A stretch of 64,000 nucleotides of DNA from Sminthopsis crassicaudata (Eukaryota). A program made the translations under genes and the position numbers. Positions 1 to 11,713 of this stretch are shown piece by piece. The notes beneath the pieces were generated by a model. It was not told where the DNA came from, did not search any database, and was given only the letters and a program-made list of their open reading frames with translations. The stretch's first letter is position 1. Every line of letters starts with the position of its first letter. The stretch lies in assembly GCF_048593235.1 (NCBI RefSeq), contig NC_133620.1, positions 442,585,261-442,649,260 of the forward strand, written 5' to 3'.

Positions 1-63
1 CTGCTATTCCCACCGGTGGTATTGGCCACCCATTCATTGTGACTATGCAAGATGGACAGCAAG
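1..63 (+). CDS. GABPB2: GABPB2 coding exon (5' end outside window)
   Basis: Frame from 3 reads AIPTGGIGHPFIVTMQDGQQ, like GABPB2 ...PTGGIGQPFIVTVQDGQQ; donor G|gtgagc at 64; phase 1 fits next exon. Confidence 0.9.
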
Positions 64-1181
64 GTGAGCTGCCCCATTCGGAAGGTTATCCATTGGAAGA
101 CAGAACAGAAATTAAATTCTCTTGAATATAAAAAGAAAGTTAGGATGTGTATGGACTGGTCGAGATTGCATGATGCTGCAAAGATTGGCATAAAAATAAC
201 GTCAGGCTGTCTCAGCTTCCTTCACTCTTTCTAAAAATGTCTTGGGGTGAGAAGAGAATCAGCATACTCACCTTTCTCTCTACCGGTATGATTCAGGTGT
301 CGAGCAAAACTATGACTTCTGTTCAGAATCCCATGCTTTCTTGTTTGCATGATGCTATGTGAGACTTTTCCCTTCCTCCCATTCATTGAAAAAAAAAGGA
401 ATTTATATCTCTTTTGGGAACAGAAATGTAAAAAAGGAATAAAAACTTTATTTACCGTCAGGTCTTCTCAGGCCTGTTTAGAAAATTATTGATGACAAGC
501 TCATCTATACAAGTTTATGTTGTCAGATTCTTTTCAGGGTGTAGTTGGTGTGTTTGAGAGCCCTGAATTTGTTGAATGGATGAAAGCTAAATTAATTGGG
601 ACAAGAGGCTAGATTCATCAGGACTTTTGTCTATTTTTTGAACAGGCTAGTGTTGGAATGAAGTTTATCTACTTACTTCTGATAGCAGCCTGGTGGAGTG
701 GCTAGAGAACTAGCCTTTAATCAGGAATCCCTAGGATCATGTCCACCCTAAAGACCTGTGGCTATGGGACCCCAGGGCCACTCATGTAACCTTTCAGGGT
801 TCTGCGCACTTCTCTCGGGCAAACTGCAGAAAGTGCCAACCTGAATTAGGAGAGAGAGTTTCCTATTAGATTGAAATCACAGGTCTAGATCCTGTCCCTA
901 TCACTAGCTTACTCTTAACAGAAAAATGCATTGAGATAAGGTTGCCCTTGCTATACCATCCAATTTACTTTTGTGAATGGTATCTTTATAGATTGCCTAC
1001 AGCAGATTTTAAGTTCCTAGGTTGATCTCCAGTGGGAGTGGGATTGGGAGAAGGCTTAGATATGTATTGTCAATTGAAATGTATTCAAGGAATACAAATT
1101 AGTTATAGTCAACTTAATTAAAATTAATGAGACAAGTAAATTAGAAGCTGAAATCCAGAAGTCAAAAACAAAAAATCTGAA

Positions 1182-1330
1182 GGGCAGCTAGGGGGCGCAG
1201 TGGATAGAGCACCAGCCTTGAATTCAGGGGGACCCGAGTTCAAATTTGGTCTCAGACACTTAACACTTCCTAGCTGTGACCCTGGGCAAGTCACTTAACC
1301 CCAGCCTCAGAAAAAGGGAGGGAAAAAAAA
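1182..1330 (+). mobile_element. Marsupial tRNA-derived SINE (WSINE1-like)
   Basis: gggcagctaggggg cgcagtggatagagcacc head, B-box gagttcaaat, CORE fragment, A tail, flanking aaaaatctg repeats. Confidence 0.85.
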
Positions 1331-1847
1331 ATCTGTTTTAGATGATCTTTACCACATTTTACTTCTGTTGATCCAGATAAGCAAAAATTGGTTATAGTAT
1401 TTTTCTCATAAACTGTACCATCTCATCAAGTTTTATCCTATTGTAAATGGTTACTTTTAGGTCTTCTTTAGATTGCTCCTGCTATTTTACTCTGTCTCTG
1501 TTAATCCCATTAGTACATATACCAGTCCATTTCCCAAAATCCTACACCATACTATACAGAAAGGAAAACCAACTCTTTATTCTTGGTTGTTCACCACACA
1601 GCTTGCCCAGCTCCAGTCTTTACAGCTTTAGTAATTTTGACGATGTATCACTACTCCCTTAAGAGCTTTAAAATGTTTCCACAGTCCTATCTAGATTCCC
1701 CAAACAGTGTATATAATAAAAGGCATCAAATTAAATTTTTCAGTATTGATTTGTTTGGGTGGAGAATCCTCAAACCCACAAAAAGCAAGATCTGTAATTT
1801 TTTTCTTGTGTATTTACTTCCTTCCCTTGGTGTCCCTTGGTTTGTAG

Positions 1848-1987
1848 TTCTAACTGTACCTGCTGGTCAGGTTGCAGAGGAGACCATTATTGAAGAGGAC
1901 ACAGAAGAGGAAGGAGCAGCCGGGGAGCTGCCAGCGGCCAAGAAACCGAGGACAGAAGAGGTGACCGACCCTGTGGAAGAAGGCCAG
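1848..1987 (+). CDS. GABPB2: GABPB2 penultimate coding exon
   Basis: tttgtag|TT; VLTVPAGQVAEETII...AKKPRTEEVTDPVEEGQ; donor CAG|gtaagg. Confidence 0.93.
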
Positions 1988-2273
1988 GTAAGGGACTTGG
2001 CCGAGGGGCCGAGGGGGCAGAGCGTTCCTGCGGTGTTAGGGAGACCACGTTGGCAGCCAGGTGGAGGGCGAGGGGTCATCCCAGACGGTGGTGAGGCCCT
2101 GTTGGGAATAGAGAAGGGCCATACATGACAGATGTTAGGCAGACAGGACTGGAAGATCAGGATGGGGTGAGGACTGATGGAGGAGCTGAGAAGAGGGGCC
2201 AGTCTCGGGGAGATGGAGAAAGGAGCTCCCGGGGCCGCTGGGGATGGAGGACCAAGCATCTTCCTCTCCCCAG

Positions 2274-2606
2274 GGAGACGAGCCTGATCCCGGCAGACTT
2301 TTACAGGAAGATGCAGAGAGAGAATTGCTGCAGCAGCAGCTCCAGGAGGCCAATCGCAGGGCCCAGGAATACCGGCACCAGCTGCTAAAGAAGGAGCAGG
2401 AGGCGGAGCAGTATCGTCTCAAGCTGGAGGCCATATCCCGGCAGCAGCCCGACGGCACCGAGATCACGCTGGTGGAGGAGGTGGCTGAGGTGGATGCCTT
2501 GGTGGTCACTGAGGAAGAGCTGGAAGGGAGGGGGGTGGAAGCTCTAGGGTCAGTGGGGACCATGGAACCTCACACTGATGTTGCCATGGAAACCGTTGCA
2601 TCCTAA
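2274..2606 (+). CDS. GABPB2: GABPB2 last coding exon (coiled-coil/leucine-zipper tail); alternative in-frame acceptor at 2307
   Basis: [40 protein letters not shown] is the GABP-beta tail; TAA 2604-2606; acceptors cttcctctccccag|2274 and cttttacag|2307 are both phase 0. Confidence 0.93.
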   Translation, partial: GDEPDPGRLLQEDAERELLQQQLQEANRRAQEYRHQLLKKEQEAEQYRLKLEAISRQQPDGTEITLVEEVAEVDALVVTEEELEGRGVEALGSVGTMEPHTDVAMETVAS

Positions 2607-5600
2607 CATTCAGGCTTCTACCTACATCCCCCTTCCTTTTTTCCTTTAAAAAAAAAAAAAGGAGAGAGATTAAGAAATAATGAGGATTTTTAAAAAAGAA
2701 AATAATAGTAGGACACAGCCCTGTGGGCTCTAGAGATTTCTTCATGCAACTGGAAAATTAAAACATAAATTATGGGAGAATGTCTTCTTGGATCCAAAGA
2801 ATGGGACCAAATTTCTTGTAATTTGTTTCAAGCATAAAAGTGTGGGGGATTTGTTTACTTTTATAAATGTATCCCTATTTTTAAACCCCCAGAATTTATA
2901 TTTGTTATGATAGTTCCTCTTGCATACCCAGGCTCCTTAGTCATATGACCAGCATGTCACCTGAAATTTGCCTTGAACTTAGGACGGGTTCCTGTCTGCT
3001 AGATGAAATTTGGAGGGAGATAAGGGAGCACCCCCCCTTCAGAAGAGCTGTCCTGATCTTGTCTGCACTGAAGACGACTCTTCAGCAATTGTCTGACAAG
3101 ACTCAAGCTGTTTTGTGTCACAGCGGAGGGGCCTGTTTATAAAGTCTTTGGCATCCCTGCTTGGGGAGTTGTCCAGAGTGGCAGATGTGGTACGGGAGCC
3201 TGGGAAGCCCCGTCTCTGAAGGCCGTGGATTCAGGTCTGGCTTCTGTTTGTCCCTGTCCGCCCCAAGCCCTCTGCATTCCGACTCACCTGTACGTCTCCC
3301 TCACACCGAGGCCGAGCCAAGCACGTCTCATCGCCTTGGGTTCTTCTGGGCCTGCCCGTTACTTCTCCCTTTGTCTCTGCCTTCAGGGAAGCACTTAGGA
3401 GAGCGGCTCAGGTGCCTGTGAACCTGCCACTGGGTCAGAGTTGTCAGCTTTGACTCAAGATTGCTGCGAGAGGAACAGAAGCCCTCGGGCCACTTGAGGA
3501 GGGTTTCCTTCCTTCTCCATGTATGCCAGGATGGAGATGGAAAAAATGGTTGTAAAGGAGCATGGAGAAGGGGACCGCCAGGGTGGGCTGGGTTGTGTTT
3601 CAGGGGAAAGATCCTCCCTCTAGCCTTTCTTCTTTTTGTTCTAAAGCAGGGAAAGAAACCAGGGAGAGGGGAGCCACGGCACACTGGGAGGCCGCTTAGG
3701 GTGGTTGTCATATGGAGTGATCATGAGGAAGCATTTTTTAATTTGGAGACGAAATTGGATAGTTAACTTGGCTCTTTTTACCTTGATTAATCAAGGAGGT
3801 TGATGCTGTTTTCCAGAGTTTCAGAATCGGGGCTTAGTTCTGAAAATAAGTCAAAAGCAAGTTTAACAATTAGATTTGGCTCTGTGTATGTGGATTTGGA
3901 CTCAGCTAATGCTTCCTCAGGCCCCCCCAAGCCTTTGTGGCCCCTCGTACCTTCCTACTGATTTCTTGGTTTCTTTGGGGTGTTTTTTCTATTCCCAGCT
4001 TCCCTGTGGGGAACCCAGGGTGAGATGTGTGGTGGGGTTGTTTTATGTTCTCTCTTCATGTGTGACTTGGACGCCTTTTTTTTTTTTTTTTTTTTGGACG
4101 CCTTTTTTTAAATCCCTAGAAGCTCTTGGCCAAAGGGCCCCGACCTCTGGGCGTGCTCTGGGGCTGCAGGTGCTCTCCTTTGTCTGACAAGTGCATTTGC
4201 TCCCATGCCCCAGAGCCCCCTCGGTCCTTCCCTCGGATACAAGTTACTCTTGACTTCTTTCCCTGGAACCTCGGGTGGTTCCAAGGACATGTTAAAGTGT
4301 CGTTAGTGGAAAAGACCTGCCGTCTTCTTTCCCATGGAGTAGAGAGGTCTTGGTCTTTGGTTATGTGACAGTGGCTCAAACAGGATGGTACCAGAGGTTG
4401 GCTGATGTTAAATGAGAGTAATCCCCCAAATTCTGTATGTCTTTTTGGGACTTGCTGGGGTAGGTAATTGCTGAAGTCCTTCATTGGTTGATCTGGCTTT
4501 AGAGGGTCCGAGAGGGCTTATTGGCAGGACAGTCACAGGGTAGATGGCAGGTCCTAGAGAATTCATGCTAAGGAGAAGGAAATTTGGGAGCCTCTTAAAA
4601 TAAAAGCTGCCTCAGAAACATCAGTGTTATTGTCCAGAACAGTCTAAGGGTGATTTGTCTTATTCTTTCATCAAAAAGCAACAAATAGGAATTCTTCCTT
4701 CTCAACTTTAGGGAAGGTGAGCCATGAATTTGTGTCCCTTTGCATCATTGTCCGTGGGGATTTCTCAGTTACAAGGCCTCATTTAAGATACAGATGCCCA
4801 CACATCTGTGTTTGTTTTGGGGTCTCACCTCCCCACCCCCTCTGACCACAGCTTTAAATCACACTTCCTCCCAATTCACTAATGCCGGGAATCTGTGATG
4901 GATGAAATGACTTGTTTTCTTTATTTTGCTTCGAAAGAACTGAATTCTTCATAGGAATCTCTGTGTAGGGAGTAGATCATGTGAGCCGAATGTTTCGTTG
5001 GTGCCTTGTGTTTACATGTGGGGGGGTGTGCCATGGATGTATACACGCAGCCCCATTTTCCACTTCTCGGTTTCTCGGGGTTCAGCTCTAAGGAAAATTA
5101 TGTTGAGTGAACGCCTTAAGGGAACTGAAAGGAGTGTTTTTCTTCTCAGATCATTGTAAAGGGTGAGGGAGAGGACAGAGTGGTGGGTCTTGCCTTGCTT
5201 CCCTCGTGGAGCAGGTGTCCAGTGCAGGCCGGGCCGTGGGTGTGAGGCTCTGTTTGAGGGCAAAGCTCCCTGATTCCCTGGGCTGGCCCAGGAATCCTGG
5301 CTGTGACTGCCACCCAGCCTGAGCTTTGGATGGCAGAGAAGAGCCAGAAAAGAGGGAGCCGCTGCTCTTGGTCCTCGGGGCCACGGTGGGAGTGCCTGTC
5401 ACCCTTCCCCAGCACTCTGTGGTCAGACGCCCCGACATGCCCCTGTGATTTCTCTGGACAAGGCCTTTGGGCTTTCTTTCCTAGCTGTGCACACCTGCCT
5501 GAAAGGCCAGAGGCAGGAGTTAGGGGGAGCCGAATGGCAGGACTGAATGCCCTCCATGCTGCTTTCTGTCACCCTTGGTTCCTATTTATTTGATGAATTG

Positions 5601-6193
5601 TCTGAATGCACCCTTGAGCTTTCCAGGGCCGAAGGGGCCGGAGGTGCTGCTGACAGCCCATGTCCCAGCAAACAGTCGTGTCAGCATCAGGAAATTGAGG
5701 CCCCAGATCTCCACCTCATCCCCACCTCTGACCCCATCGCATTAACCACAATGAGCTTTTTCCACCCGGGGGAACATGATTACTTGGTCATTTCCATCCT
5801 CTGTGTGTGAGTTCCTGTCTCTGTCCTGCCCCTCCAGGCTCCTCTCCCCATCCCTTCTACCCTGGCCTGGTTCTGGAGGTCACCCCCTGCAGCCAGGCTG
5901 TCAGAACCTCCCTCCTTCTCTCAGCTTTGCCTTCTTTACCAGCCTTCTAGCCTCCATTCCCCAGTGTGCCTCCCCCTCAAACCGCTCAGCACAGAAACCA
6001 TTTCTCCCAAGTGCCCTCAATTTGTCAGGTTGTCTGACAGCTTTATATACAAGACACTTTTAGGAAAACCTAAATATTTCCTTTTTCTTTTTAGGATGTT
6101 ATTGAAATAGTGTTTGATTTTTATGAGTTTGTATGTATACATATACAGATATATATCATATATATATTTACAATTTTGTACAATTATTTTCAA

Positions 6194-6220
6194 AATAAAG
6201 GAGAGATGTTTCTTAATAAA
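6194..6220 (+). terminator. GABPB2: Two AATAAA signals, probable distal GABPB2 poly(A) site (3' UTR ~3.6 kb)
   Basis: AATAAA at 6194-6199 and 6215-6220, AU/UGUA-rich upstream, GU-rich downstream. Assignment to GABPB2 is inference. Confidence 0.6.
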
Positions 6221-8694
6221 ATGCCAAAGTTTTGCTGTCTCAGTGGATGTCTTGATGCTTCCTGCCTCTGGCCGTACACACCATGCTGCAGAATCTGTCT
6301 GATAGGAACTTTGAACTCGGCTGTTGGAGTGCTCATCCCTTCTTTGTTTCATCAGTCTGCTTCCTCAGCTTGCTCCCACACCCTTTTCCTTTTTTTTCTC
6401 TGACCTGTTTTACCCTGCTCTACCGCTACAGACTGATGTGGGGATGGGCTGGCAACTCTGAACTTCCAAGGTATGGTCTTCCTGCTACGTGAGGGGCCCC
6501 TTACCCACCCCCACCCCCACCGTTTCCCCAGAACAAGTCTCCAGGGAGGGGAGATGGAGGAAATGCCTCGCCCTTGTGTGGGGCGAGACCATAGCTGAGG
6601 GACGCAGAGAGATGCCAGAGCCGGGGAGGGAAGAAAACAGATTTGTGCCGGGGTGGCTCCTCACTAATGGGGTCGTTAGATGGCTCAGGGAGGCTGTACT
6701 TTGTGAAGATTGAAGGGGAAGGAAAGGAGTTTAGGGGGCATAGAATTAGGATATTCTTAACCCCTGCCAAATGGCCTGTGGGCAGAGTTTAAGGAATTTG
6801 TGAACTTGTATGGAAAAAAAAAAAATTATTTCACTATAATTGGTTTCCTTTGCAATTCTACGTATTTTTTGCATTTAAAAATATTCAGAGAAGGGATCCG
6901 TGGACTTCGCCAGATGGGAAGGGAAAGGAGGGTCTATCTAGGAGGCAAAAAAAAAAGTTTAGAGCACCTGCTCTAGGAATAGCAGAGCTTGACTTCGTAG
7001 ATTTGGCTAGAAGTTGTGCTCACCAGCCCTACAAAAATATTTTCCTTAAAGCAACATTTCTGGAAGAAGAAGAATAGTGGAAGTGTTAGAATTTCGCTAA
7101 TTCTTAATGGAAGGAAAACTAGGAATAGGGACTATTTTGAATGTGTTACTGAAGTTCCAAAAATAAAAGGGTGGGTTGGCTAAGGAGTTCCCAGAGCAAC
7201 CTATGGGGCTACTGACATTGAGGTTGGAGTCTGGTCGGAATCCTAGGACCACACTGGGGAGAATTGGGCAAATGGAGAAATACTAGATGCCCAAACTTCC
7301 CTTTTCAAAGTTTTAGCCTGCTTGACTGGTTGCTTCCTAGCTGGTTCAAAAGATTGTCTTAGTGCCACAAACTCCCCCGGTTTTATGAAGAAAGGAGCTT
7401 GGTCACCTGGCCTTGGGTTAATTCAGGAAAAAATGCAAACGTGGGAAACTCGCAGATCTTATCTTATTGGTGGCATCAATCCCAGGAAAAATTAGGGCCG
7501 AGAGGCTGCAAGAACTGGTGGCTGTTAACCAAATGCAGGTCGGGGAACAGGGGTCTGGGTACTCCCGAGGCTACTAAAACTAAACAAAACTACCTGTTTA
7601 TGGCATGGCTCGGTTTTGTTCCTTGTCTGAGTCCTAGGAGTTTCAAAGGGCCGGCTTCTGATCTTTGGAGGGCAGAAACGGAATGATGAGTTCCAAGATG
7701 GATGAGGAGGTGCCTGGGGGACATTAATCCGAGTTACCACAGTGTAGCTCAGCCCCTAAGGACTGAGCCTCCTTAGAGGGAGAGCAGCTTTTCCAAGCTG
7801 TGATTTCCACGTGGAACCTTCTGTGTTTAACTCCCCGGAGTTTGTCACAAGGTGATGGACTCTTCCCCCCCAGGGCCCTGCTTTCTTCGCCACCTTGGAA
7901 GGTGCCTCTGGGATTCCAGCTTCGAAATCCTTGCAAGAGGAATCTGCTTTTTGTCAGCTTCTGAACTTTCTGAAGGCCAGATCTAAATTGCAAATGGAAG
8001 ACGGCCTATTAACATTGATTTCTAAATCAAGGTCAGGTTTACCCTTTTATTGTCATTTCTAATAGTTTATTTGAGATCAGGTGAATTTTTAAAGTATGTG
8101 TGAATTGCACCCTGACAGTTTTTAAATTAGAAAGCGATTATTCTTCACAATTAGCTACAAATAGGACCTTGATGAAATGAATTCACTGATGGCTGTTCAT
8201 TGCAGAAGCCCCTTAAAGGATGATAAGCGGTTAAGTTTTATAAGGCTCTGAGATCCAAAATGAGTTTTCTGTTAGTCTTTCATCGGGCCATCGTTTACTT
8301 CAGCCTCATCTTACAGGTTAGGAGACTGAGGCCCAGAAGTGAAATGTCTTTCCCAAAGTCACACTAAATGTATCATGTATATCCTGTGTCCTTAGGATAA
8401 AAGACCCGCATTTAACTTGCAATGATCCCAGCTGATTTTTCCATGATTTTTTCATTTACATAGGAAGATGTGGATTCAAATCCTGAATCTGCCATCCTGA
8501 ATGACCTTAGATCCATCCATTTAGTTCCCGGGCCTTGTTTTTTTAATCTGTAAAATCCCAATCTTTTCCAGCTCTAAATCTATGATTCTGTGACTCAGGT
8601 CAGGAGCTCCTTTTGGGATGGGGGAGGGGAGAAAATAAACTGTTGGGTTCTTGTTCTTCCCCTGCAGACAACCGAGAGAGGGCCCAGCCTTCTG

Positions 8695-8870
8695 GGCCTG
8701 GAATCGGGGATGACCTGAATTCAAATCCGGCCTCAGACATTTCCTAGTTGTGTGATCCTGGGCAAATCACTTAATGTCTATCATCCTCAGTTTTTAAATG
8801 GGAATACTAACTAACAGCACCTTTCTCCTGTGTTCTCAGGATCAAATGGACTATCTGCAAAATGCCCGTC
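8695..8870 (+). mobile_element. MIR/CORE-SINE fragment
   Basis: gacctgaattcaaatccggcctcagacatttcctagttgtgtgatcctgggcaaatcacttaa; boundaries approximate. Confidence 0.7.
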
Positions 8871-9389
8871 CTTAATAAACGCTGATTTCTTTCCTTCCCC
8901 TTGGTCCCAGTAAGTGGTACTCTGGACCTTGTTTGAGAATGACCACCAGGGTTGAAGCCTCGGCTTGGAGATTTTGGTCTGTCCCAAGCTTTCCCCTTCC
9001 CTTCGAACTGGTCAGCTCTTCCCCCAAGGGCGTCTGGGTCACACTCACATTCTGTCAGCAAAGCTAGACCTAGTTGTTCGGGCTTCCTGAATCATTTACT
9101 TGATACGAGTTATTTCCTATACCTAGTAAGGACATTCTCTTCAATATTTATCAGTTCCTAAAATATGGGAGGCTCGGTTGGAAACCCTCCTAAATCAACC
9201 CACAGGCACTCATTAATCAGCGCCTGCCACGTGCCCAGCCCTGGGGACAGGAATAAAAAGGGCGAATCCCTCCTCTCAAGGAATTTGCCTTGGAAGGTCC
9301 TCCTTTCTCCCTCTTCTGGTCCTCTCTCTTCCTCCTCATTAATAAGCCCCGCTAATGGTGGGTGTTAGCCCCAGGCTCGGGCTGAGCAC

Positions 9390-9808
9390 CCTTCACTCCA
9401 TACTATCTCACTACTTTCATCAGCTCCCGAGAGTGCAATTACCATCTTTAGGCAGATGAATCTCAATCGGTAGAACAAAGCTCTAGTTTCTCCCGAGCCG
9501 CAGGCTTATCTCCCATTGCCTCTGGGACATCTCAGCCTGGGTCCTTACTAGGCCTCTCACTTCCACATTTTGTGATTTTGACTTTCATTAAGTCTCTCGG
9601 ATCTCGGATGGCACCGGCCTAGTCAAGGACCCTCTCGGGCCTCCCTGCCTTTTTGCGTCTCCCCCCTCCCCTCAGGTCTTGGATTTGTGCGAAGCCTCCC
9701 GATCTCCCCCTCCTTGGGATGCCCCTGTCCGGGAGCAGACTTGGCCTTTCCTTGCGTCCAGCGTCTGGCACATAGCAAGCGCTTACTTATAAAATAAATA
9801 TTTGTTGG
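9390..9808 (+). mobile_element. Decayed LINE2 fragments including 3' tail
   Basis: caattaccatctttaggcagatgaatctc (L2 body) and ctggcacatagcaagcgctta...aataaatatttgttg (L2 tail); approximate limits. Confidence 0.55.
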
Positions 9809-11350
9809 CCGGCCGGCAGCCGCTTCTAACTAGAACGGAATCTTCCCTCCCGGTTTCTCCTTTTTGATTTCCATCCCTGCGAGGCATTTATCGCACTGAA
9901 GCTGAGCTTCATCCTCCTCCCCTCCTCCCCAAACACGGAGAAGAGATGCAAACAAATGCCCCTCTTTTAGTTCCGCGTGGTTTGCTGGTCCGCTTCTGGC
10001 CTGCACCGCGAGCCGCCGTAGTGCAGTGATTCTCCTCCCCGCACTTGGGTTGCAAAAGGGTGATCTTTCCTGTATCTCCAGAGTCACTCAGCACAGAGAA
10101 GATGCTTATAATAAACGTGTCAAACTGAACAGCTGGAATCAGGCAGCGGTGCAAAGGCGGGTAACTGACCGGGGGGGGGGGGGGGGGATGGGATGGGAGG
10201 AAGTGAAAGCCGTAAAGGAACTTCCTGCACTTAAAGGCCGAAGCCAGGCTGCCCCGGCGGCCGGCCGGCCGAATGGAGCTGCGCATTAGCAGCTGGAAGA
10301 GGCCTTCGAGGTCCCCCAGAAAACACGTACTCATCTTGCGGATGAAGGGAGGGAGCACGCCTAGGACACATTGCAACAGCAGGCAGGAATGGGGGCGGGG
10401 AGACCCAGATTTTAAGCTAGGACGACGCACAGCTGGACAGGGCTAAGGGGCGGTGGTGGGCGTTGAAAAAAGCCAAGCCTGGCCGTGCAGGGGCCAGAAA
10501 AGGGCCGGGGTCGTGAGCAGTGCCTGAAGGGCCGGGCTGAGCGGCGGGAGGGGGTGTATGTAGGTCGGCAGCTGCGAACTCCCTCCCCTCTGCGGCTGGC
10601 GCCAGAGACGCCTCCTCCGCCGCGCCTCGGAGCACAGACCCCCACGTGGAATCCCCGAGAGACGCGGAGGGAGTCGGCGCTTAAAGGTCTCAGCGAGAGG
10701 CGCGGCGTACGGTCCGTCTTTCCCATTGGCCCTTCCGGATAACGGACGGCGTAGCCAGCCAGTCCCGTCTCGAGAAAGGCCGGGCGGGGCCTGCCTGAAT
10801 GCTATAACCGCGGGGCGGAGAGCCGCGCATGCGCGTGAGGAAGCCAGTTGGGGCTTTCTCCCGCGGGGCTGTGCGAGGCCGCGAGGCTGGGGGCTTAAGC
10901 CCACGCTCCTTCCCTCCCCTGCACATTTATGGGCCTGGACAGGCCTTCCCTTGACCCCTCCCCCGGTCAGCCCCAGTGGCGGGCTCTGCAGCCCCCAGAC
11001 TGCGACCCCCCGGCTTCCTCTTCCCGAGCCTTGGCTCGTGCTCCTTCCCTACGTCTGCCAAAGCCCTGGATCCTTGGAAATTGCCTTCCGTATCCCCACC
11101 CACCTTTTCCTTAATTCCCTAATTGAGGAAACCGCTCCTGATTAACTCCCTGGGGACCTCAGCCTCTCCAGGCGCTTCCGAAAAGCCGAGACAGAGAAGC
11201 TAAGTAGCGGACCAACCCCACTTCGGCGCGATTCCGCCAGTAGTAAACAGGCTGCGGGTCTGGGGGCACGTGGTTGTATTGGGTGACGGAAGGCTCCTAC
11301 ACAGTAGGAGGTGCTGACGTCTCGGGCCGCCCCGAGAACCCTGTACACTA
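9800..11350. promoter_or_regulatory. CpG island with promoter-type motifs and no assigned gene
   Basis: CpG-dense; E-box CACGTG 10643-10648, ATTGG 10725-10729, ETS CTTCCGG 10732-10738, GC boxes 10782-10790 and 10812-10820, NRF1 GCGCATGCGC 10825-10834. Confidence 0.7.
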
Positions 11351-11713
11351 TACATACGAACCCTACCCCAATCCCCCATCGTGGACGTCCCCAGCCTGGG
11401 GGTCCCAGACTCTGGAGGAGCTGGGGGGAGGGCTAAGGCAGCTTGGCTGGAGGAGTTACGGGTGGGAGCCCCAGCCAGCTCCCACTAAGTAGGGCTGGCT
11501 CACAGGGTGGGAGGGAGAGGCAGGGCCTCCCCCCGGGCACAACCCTGGAGTCGAGGGGCAGCGAGGAAAAAGACTACGATGAGAGTCAATAAATAAGCCC
11601 AAGATGGGCAATAAGGAGGGAAGAGGAGAGGTCCCGAGTCCGATGCCATTAGTGTGGGTTCCGTGTCCCTCCACGTCCGGCTGGCACACCCTCTCTCGAC
11701 TGAGTAGTGACCC

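Noticed and set aside
9486-9526. Resemblance to U1 snRNA (aggcttatc...ccattgc)
   Set aside because: No U1 5' end or Sm site; lies within a decayed L2 segment.
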